From Modestobacter sp. (GTDB lineage Bacteria > Actinomycetota > Actinomycetes > Mycobacteriales > Geodermatophilaceae), in assembly GCA_025933855.1 (NCBI GenBank), contig JAICZD010000001.1:1-41051 (forward strand): DNA of 41,051 nt, given 5' to 3'. Below are positions 35,854-41,051 of this stretch, in pieces. The notes under the pieces were generated by a model. It was not told where the DNA came from and made no database searches. It saw nothing but the letters and a program-made list of their open reading frames with translations. Made by a program: the position numbers and the translations under genes. Each line of letters begins with the position of its first letter. The first letter of the stretch is position 1.

Positions 35854-36831
35854 TCAGGGCGGCGGGCGGTCGGTCGGGTCGAACGTGACGTGCACCTGCT
35901 CGAAACCCTTGCTCCGCTGCGCCTTGGCCTGGTCGGTGTAGCTGCGCCGGTCGCCCGGGGTCAGGTGCACGTCGTCGGTGAAGGGGGTGAGCAGGGCCCG
36001 CGGATAGAGCCGGTCCACGCGCACGACGTTGATCTCCACGCACAGCACGCCCACCACGGACGCCAGGTACAGGAACGCCAGCAGGCCCAGCACCAGGGCG
36101 AACACCCCGTTGGTGGCGCTGGCGGTGCTGACCACGTGCTGCACGTAGGTCACCCCGAACGTCTGCAGCAGCTGCCACAGCACGGCGGCGATCAGCGCGC
36201 CGGGGGCGACGTCCCGCAACGTCAGGCGCCGGGTGGTGGCGAGCCGGAAGGCGAGGACGAAGACCGTGCCGTTGACCAGTACGGAAGCGACCAGGACGAC
36301 GATCCGCAGCACCGGCCCCAACGACCCCACCGAGCTGGAGCCGATGGTCGACAGCGCGGTGGTGCCCAGCACCGCGAGCCCGGCGGTGGCCAGCAGCAGC
36401 ACGCTGCGCCCCCGGGCCAGGAACGGGTTGGGGCGGTTGTTGCGCGGCACCGACCATGCGGTGTTCATCGCGTACTGGACCGCCTGGGCGACCCCGAGAG
36501 CGCCGTAGAGGGAGCCCAGGACGCCGATCACCACGCCGGCCGTGCCACCGCTGAGCTCCTGCGGCCGGCCGAGCTGGTCGCCGACGACCGGGAACTGGCT
36601 CAGCGCCGAGTCGATCAGCCGCTGCTGCAGCTCGGGATTGCCGGCCAGCAGGTGGCCCAGGATGGTCGACATGAGCAGCAGCAGTGGGAACAGCGACACG
36701 AAGGCGTAGTAGGTGATCAGCGCCGCCAGGTAGGGGCCGGAGTCGTCGACGTACTTGTACGCGACGGCGATCGGGAAGCCGGCCGCCCGGTGCCGTCTCT
36801 GCAGCCTGTCCAGCCGATCGGCAAGTGCCAC
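35854..36831 (-). CDS. YihY/BrkB family membrane protein
   Basis: Motifs LAALITYYAFVSLFPLLL, QYAMNTAW, VAPGALIAAVLWQLLQ, GVFALVLGLLAFLYL..EIN. GTG start chosen at 36831. Confidence 0.88.
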   Translation of the reverse strand: MALADRLDRLQRRHRAAGFPIAVAYKYVDDSGPYLAALITYYAFVSLFPLLLLMSTILGHLLAGNPELQQRLIDSALSQFPVVGDQLGRPQELSGGTAGVVIGVLGSLYGALGVAQAVQYAMNTAWSVPRNNRPNPFLARGRSVLLLATAGLAVLGTTALSTIGSSSVGSLGPVLRIVVLVASVLVNGTVFVLAFRLATTRRLTLRDVAPGALIAAVLWQLLQTFGVTYVQHVVSTASATNGVFALVLGLLAFLYLASVVGVLCVEINVVRVDRLYPRALLTPFTDDVHLTPGDRRSYTDQAKAQRSKGFEQVHVTFDPTDRPPP

Positions 36832-36942
36832 GCGGGCAGTGCACCACGGCGGCGGGCCGCCCACCACGGCTCTGCGCGGGTCGCCGTCCACACCAGGGCC
36901 GGGGCCGCCCGGGGACGGCGCCGGATGGGGGACGATGGGCCC

Positions 36943-38967
36943 ATGCGTCTCCTTCCCCGGCTGCTCGCCGCCCTGGCTGTGGGCCTGCTGGCCGTGCTCC
37001 TGGGCGCCGGCCCGGCCCTCGCCGTCCCTCCGTTAGCGCCCACCGAGCAGATCACCGACCAGGTCGACGTCCTCGACGACGGCACGGTGCAGAAGGCGCT
37101 CGACGCCCTCCGCGACGACGACGGCACCCAGCTCTACGTCGTCTACGTCTCCTCCTTCGACGGGATGTCCGGACGGGACTGGGCGCACAAGTCCTTCGAG
37201 CTGCGGAACATGGGCGCCGGGGACGTGCTGTTCGCGGTGGCCACCGGCGACCGGCTGTACGGCCACTGGGAGGCGGACGGCTTCCGGCTGAGCGGCGACC
37301 AGATCGACAAGCTGCTCGTCTCCGACGTGGAGCCGCACCTGGCCGACGGCGACTGGACCGGCGCAGCGGTGGCGATGGCCGAGGCGCTGCAGCGCGGCAA
37401 CGGCGGCTCGATGGCGCTGGCCGCGGTCGCCGGGGTGGCGGTCGTCGGCGGCGGTGGGTACGTGCTGGTCCGCAACCGGAACCGCAAGCGGACGGCGGCC
37501 GCCGCGGCGCGGGCCGCGCAGGAGCAGGCCGAGGCCGAGGCGGCCGCCCGCGACCCGTACCACGGCACCTCCACCGAGCAGCTGACCTTCCGGGCGAGTG
37601 AGGAGCTGCTGGCCCTCGACGAGGCGGTGAAGACCTCCGAGCTCGACCTGGCCTACGCCCGCACCCAGTACGGCGAGGAGCCGGTCGCCGGGTTCCAGGA
37701 GGCGCTGGACCAGTCGAAGACCGAGCTGTCCCGGGCGTTCACCATCCGCCAGGAGCTCGACGACGACATCCCGGAGGACGAGCCGACCCAGCGCCGGATG
37801 CTCACCGAGCTGCTCCAGCTCACCGCCGCGGCTGATGCGCGGCTGCGCGGCCAGGCCGAGGCCTACGCCCGGCTGCGCGGGCTGGAGCAGAACGCGCCGC
37901 AGGCGCTGGCCGCGCTCGGCCCGGCAGTGCAGCAGCTGGAGGCCCGCATCCCGGCGGTGGAACGGACCCTGCAGGACCTGCAGCAGCGGTACGCCCGGAC
38001 GGCGTGGTCGGCGGTCGCCGACAACGTCACCGAGGCCCGGTCGCGGCTGCAGCTGGCCCAGCAGTTCCTCGACCACGGCCGCACCGAGCTCGACGCCGGC
38101 CGGTCCGCCGGTGCGGTTCCGGCGATCCGGGCGGCCGAGGACGCGCTGGCGCAGAGCCGCACCCTGCTCGACGCCGTCGGCCGGCTGGCCGGTGACCTGC
38201 AGGACGTCGGGCCACGGTTCGAGGCCGTCCGCGCCGAGACCGAGAAGGACATCGCCGAGGCCCGCACCCTGCTGGGCCGGGGGGTGGACACCCCGGGGCT
38301 GCGCGAGCAGCTGGCCCGGGCCGAGACCGCGCTGCAAAGTGCGGTGGCCGCGCTGCGCGCCGGCTCCGGAACGCCGTCGGACCCGCTGCTCGTGGTGCGG
38401 CAGCTGGACGAGGCCGACCTGGCCCTGGAGGCCGCGCTCGAGCCGGCCCGCGACGACCGCCAGCAGCAGGCACGGGCGGCGGCGCACTTCCAGCAGGTCG
38501 TCCAGGCGGCGGTCGCCTCGGTGACGGCGGCCGGTGACTTCATCGCCACCCGCCGCGGCGCGGTCGGCAGCGCCGCACGCACCCGGCTGGCCGAGGCGGA
38601 GCGGCACCTGGAGACCGCGCTGCGGACCGGGAAGACCGACCCGATCGGCGGGCTCCGCAGCGCCCAGCGGGCCGACACCCTGGCCCAGCAGGCGCTGGAG
38701 ATCGCCGAGCAGGACGTGATGGAGTACCAGAGCGGCGGCTACGGCGGCGGGTACGGGGGTTATGGCGGCGGGGGATATGGCGGCGGCTACCGGCGCGGGT
38801 ACGGCGGTGGCGGCGGTTTCGCCGGCGGCCTGGCCGGCGGGGTGCTCGGCAGCATCCTGCTGGGCGGGCTCGGTGGCGGCTACGGCGGCGGGTTCGGTGG
38901 CGGGGGCGACTTCGGTGGCGGGGGCGACTTCGGCGGCGGCGGGGACGGCGGTGGCGGGAGCTTCTGA
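36943..38967 (+). CDS. TPM-domain membrane protein with a long helical region and a Gly/Tyr-rich tail
   Basis: Signal peptide, TPM-like ITDQVDVL..QLYVVYV.SF..DVLFAVAT, one TM helix, coiled coil, and a YGGG/GGGGDF tail ending GGSF. Confidence 0.88.
   Translation: MRLLPRLLAALAVGLLAVLLGAGPALAVPPLAPTEQITDQVDVLDDGTVQKALDALRDDDGTQLYVVYVSSFDGMSGRDWAHKSFELRNMGAGDVLFAVATGDRLYGHWEADGFRLSGDQIDKLLVSDVEPHLADGDWTGAAVAMAEALQRGNGGSMALAAVAGVAVVGGGGYVLVRNRNRKRTAAAAARAAQEQAEAEAAARDPYHGTSTEQLTFRASEELLALDEAVKTSELDLAYARTQYGEEPVAGFQEALDQSKTELSRAFTIRQELDDDIPEDEPTQRRMLTELLQLTAAADARLRGQAEAYARLRGLEQNAPQALAALGPAVQQLEARIPAVERTLQDLQQRYARTAWSAVADNVTEARSRLQLAQQFLDHGRTELDAGRSAGAVPAIRAAEDALAQSRTLLDAVGRLAGDLQDVGPRFEAVRAETEKDIAEARTLLGRGVDTPGLREQLARAETALQSAVAALRAGSGTPSDPLLVVRQLDEADLALEAALEPARDDRQQQARAAAHFQQVVQAAVASVTAAGDFIATRRGAVGSAARTRLAEAERHLETALRTGKTDPIGGLRSAQRADTLAQQALEIAEQDVMEYQSGGYGGGYGGYGGGGYGGGYRRGYGGGGGFAGGLAGGVLGSILLGGLGGGYGGGFGGGGDFGGGGDFGGGGDGGGGSF
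38893..38928 (+). repeat. 18-bp coding tandem repeat (FGGGGD)x2
   Basis: TTCGGTGGCGGGGGCGAC twice exactly, plus a degenerate third copy. Confidence 0.8.
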
Positions 38968-38984
38968 CCCGACAGACTGACGGG

Positions 38985-40139
38985 GTGACCGACGGAGCCC
39001 CGCTGGATCCCGACCTCGCCGCCCTCCCGCTGGTGGACCACCACTGCCACGGCCTGGTCCGCCGGGACCTCGACCGGCCGGAGTTCGAGGCGATGCTCAC
39101 CGAGGGCGGCGGCCCGGGCGTGCTGGGCGGGTCGCTGTTCGACTCGCAGATCGGCCTCGCCCTCCGCCGCTGGTGCGCGCCGGTGCTCGACCTGCCGGCG
39201 CACGCGCCGGCCGACAGCTACCTCGCCCGGCGGGCCGAGCTGGGCGCCGCGGAGGTCAACCGCCGGCTGATGTCCGCCACCGGCACGCGGACCTTCCTGG
39301 TCGACACCGGCTACCTGCCCGAACCGGTCACCAGCCCCGGCGAGCTGGCCGCGCTCGCCGGCGGCCGCGCCCGGGAGGTCGTCCGGCTGGAGGCCGTCGC
39401 CGAGGAGGTGCTGGCGTCCTCCGGCGCCGGCGACTTTCCCGGGCGGTGCCGCGACGAACTGGCCCGGCGGTGCGCCGGGGCCGCGGCGGTGAAGTCGATC
39501 GCCGCCTACCGGGTCGGCCTCGAGCTGCAGGGCGCCCGGCCCACCGACGCGGAGGTGGGAGCGGCGGCCGGCCGTCTGCTCCGCTCCGGTGGCCCGCTGC
39601 GCATCGCCGATCCGGTCCTGCACCGGTTCCTGATCTGGACCGGCATCGACCTGGCCCGGCCGGTGCAGTTCCACGTCGGCTACGGCGACGCGGACGTCGA
39701 CCTGCACCGCGGCGACCCGCTGCTGCTCACCGACCTGCTGCGGGCCACCGGGTCCGCGGGGGTGCCGGTGATGCTGCTGCACAACTACCCGTTCCACCGT
39801 TCGGCCGGCTACCTGGCGCAGGTCTTCGGGCACGTCTTCGTCGACGTCGGCCTGGCCACCCACAACGTCGGGCACCGCGCCGCGGCGGTGCTGGCCGAGC
39901 TGCTCGAGCTGGCTCCGTTCGGCAAGGTGCTGTTCTCCTCCGACGCCTTCGGACTGGCCGAGCTGTACCTGCTGGGCACGGTGCTGTTCCGCCGCGGCCT
40001 GGGCCGGCTGCTCGCCGACGGGGTGGCCGAGGACGCCTGGACGGCGGCCGACGCCGTCCGGGTCGCCGGGCTGATCGGATCCGGCAACGCCGAGCGCGCC
40101 TACCGGCTGCGCGAACCGCCGCCGGGGGACGGCGGATGA
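38985..40139 (+). CDS. Amidohydrolase_2 family (FluG/NodGS N-terminal-domain-like)
   Basis: VDHHCH, KSIAAYR.GL, QFHVGYGD.D, LLHNYPF, FSSDA, GNAERAY. Confidence 0.88.
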   Translation: MTDGAPLDPDLAALPLVDHHCHGLVRRDLDRPEFEAMLTEGGGPGVLGGSLFDSQIGLALRRWCAPVLDLPAHAPADSYLARRAELGAAEVNRRLMSATGTRTFLVDTGYLPEPVTSPGELAALAGGRAREVVRLEAVAEEVLASSGAGDFPGRCRDELARRCAGAAAVKSIAAYRVGLELQGARPTDAEVGAAAGRLLRSGGPLRIADPVLHRFLIWTGIDLARPVQFHVGYGDADVDLHRGDPLLLTDLLRATGSAGVPVMLLHNYPFHRSAGYLAQVFGHVFVDVGLATHNVGHRAAAVLAELLELAPFGKVLFSSDAFGLAELYLLGTVLFRRGLGRLLADGVAEDAWTAADAVRVAGLIGSGNAERAYRLREPPPGDGG

Positions 40140-41051
40140 CCGGGCGGACGGTCCAGGAGATCGCCGAGCGCTACCGGCGGTTCGCCGAGGTCGAGGCGGC
40201 CGGCGTCTCGCCGCGCTACCAGCTGCTCGCGGCAGGCATCGCCGAGGACCCTGACGTGCTGGCCTTCCTCGCCGGGCTGCCGCCGGCCAAGCAGCAGCCG
40301 AACCTGCTGCTCGCGGCGCTGCGGTACCTGCACGCAACCCCCGCCGACCCCGCCCAGCTGCGCGGCTGGGTGCTCGACGACCTCGGCCGGCTGCGGACGA
40401 CGATGCTCGGCCGCGCGACCCAGACCAACGAGCCCGCCCGGTGTGCCGCCCTGCTGCCGCTGCTGGCCCGATTCCCCGAGCCGCTGACGCTGATCGAGGT
40501 CGGTGCCTCCGCCGGCCTGTGCCTGTACCCGGACCGGTACGCCTACGACTATGCCGGCGATCATGCCGGCCACCGGGTCGGCGGGGCCAGCCCGGTCCGG
40601 CTGCGCTGCCAGACCAGCGGCCCGGTGCCGCTGCCGACGCGGCTCCCGGCGGTCGCCGCGCGGATCGGCGTGGACCTCCACCCGCTGCACCCCGCCGACC
40701 CCGACGACCGGGCCTGGCTGCACGCGCTGATCTGGCCCGGCCGGCCGGAGCGGCACGCCCGGCTGGACGCCGCCCTCGACCTGGCCGCCGCCGAACCGGC
40801 CCGGATGGTGACCGGTCACCTGGTCGACCAGCTGCCCGCCGCGGTCGCGGCCGCGCCGGCCGGCGGCACCACGGTGGTGTTCCACACCGCGGTGCTCGGC
40901 TATCTCGGCGAGGACGAGAAGTCGGCCTTCTCCGCGCTGGTGGCGGAGCTGCCGGTCCGCTGGATCTCCCAGGAGGGGAAGTCGGTGCTGCCGGCCGTCC
41001 GGGACCGGCTTCCGGCCGGCGCGGACGACCGGCCGGCCGAGCTCGTCCTCG
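40136..41051 (+). CDS. DUF2332 family protein (runs off the window end)
   Basis: ATGA overlap. Manual translation MTGRTVQEIAERYRRFAEVEAAGVSPRY...QPNLLLAA...TQTNEPARC...LIEVGASAGL.L.PDRY.YDY...WLHALIWP. Not in the ORF track. Confidence 0.85.
   Translation, partial: MTGRTVQEIAERYRRFAEVEAAGVSPRYQLLAAGIAEDPDVLAFLAGLPPAKQQPNLLLAALRYLHATPADPAQLRGWVLDDLGRLRTTMLGRATQTNEPARCAALLPLLARFPEPLTLIEVGASAGLCLYPDRYAYDYAGDHAGHRVGGASPVRLRCQTSGPVPLPTRLPAVAARIGVDLHPLHPADPDDRAWLHALIWPGRPERHARLDAALDLAAAEPARMVTGHLVDQLPAAVAAAPAGGTTVVFHTAVLGYLGEDEKSAFSALVAELPVRWISQEGKSVLPAVRDRLPAGADDRPAELVL

Noticed and set aside
35071-38967. 1298-aa ORF
   Set aside because: Only the part from ATG 36943 is protein-like. The rest is antisense to merR, hsp20 and yihY.

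Overview
Very GC-rich actinobacterial chromosomal window; gene content and promoter style suggest Geodermatophilaceae, which is an inference. About 38 credible CDS and 4 gene remnants were found. No rRNA, tRNA, CRISPR array or transposase was detected. Most long six-frame ORFs are high-GC shadows. The main feature is a 17.7 kb same-strand catabolic cluster (3837-21532). It contains a Dpp/Opp-type ABC importer, an RpiR regulator, seven amide hydrolases from seven different families (M14/ASPA-like, M55, Ntn isoaspartyl peptidase, DUF885, S33-like alpha/beta hydrolase, M20, M19), an SDR, a ketopantoate-reductase-like enzyme, and a methylaspartate ammonia-lyase (MAL) with no glutamate mutase in the window. 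This looks like an uncharacterised pathway for degrading non-standard (D-/iso-linked, methylaspartate-containing) peptides. Other content: an ABC-2 exporter, thiolase-phaC-phaZ, a TM0106 nuclease-helicase, a PIN-like protein, two MFS transporters, an internally collapsed eutBC pseudo-operon carrying a perfect 30-bp palindrome, a bidirectional leaderless promoter, a GAF-ANTAR protein, hsp20 plus a MerR/HspR-like regulator with a HAIR-like operator variant, YihY, a TPM protein, an amidohydrolase and DUF2332. All family calls come from recognising motifs by eye; no database search was run.
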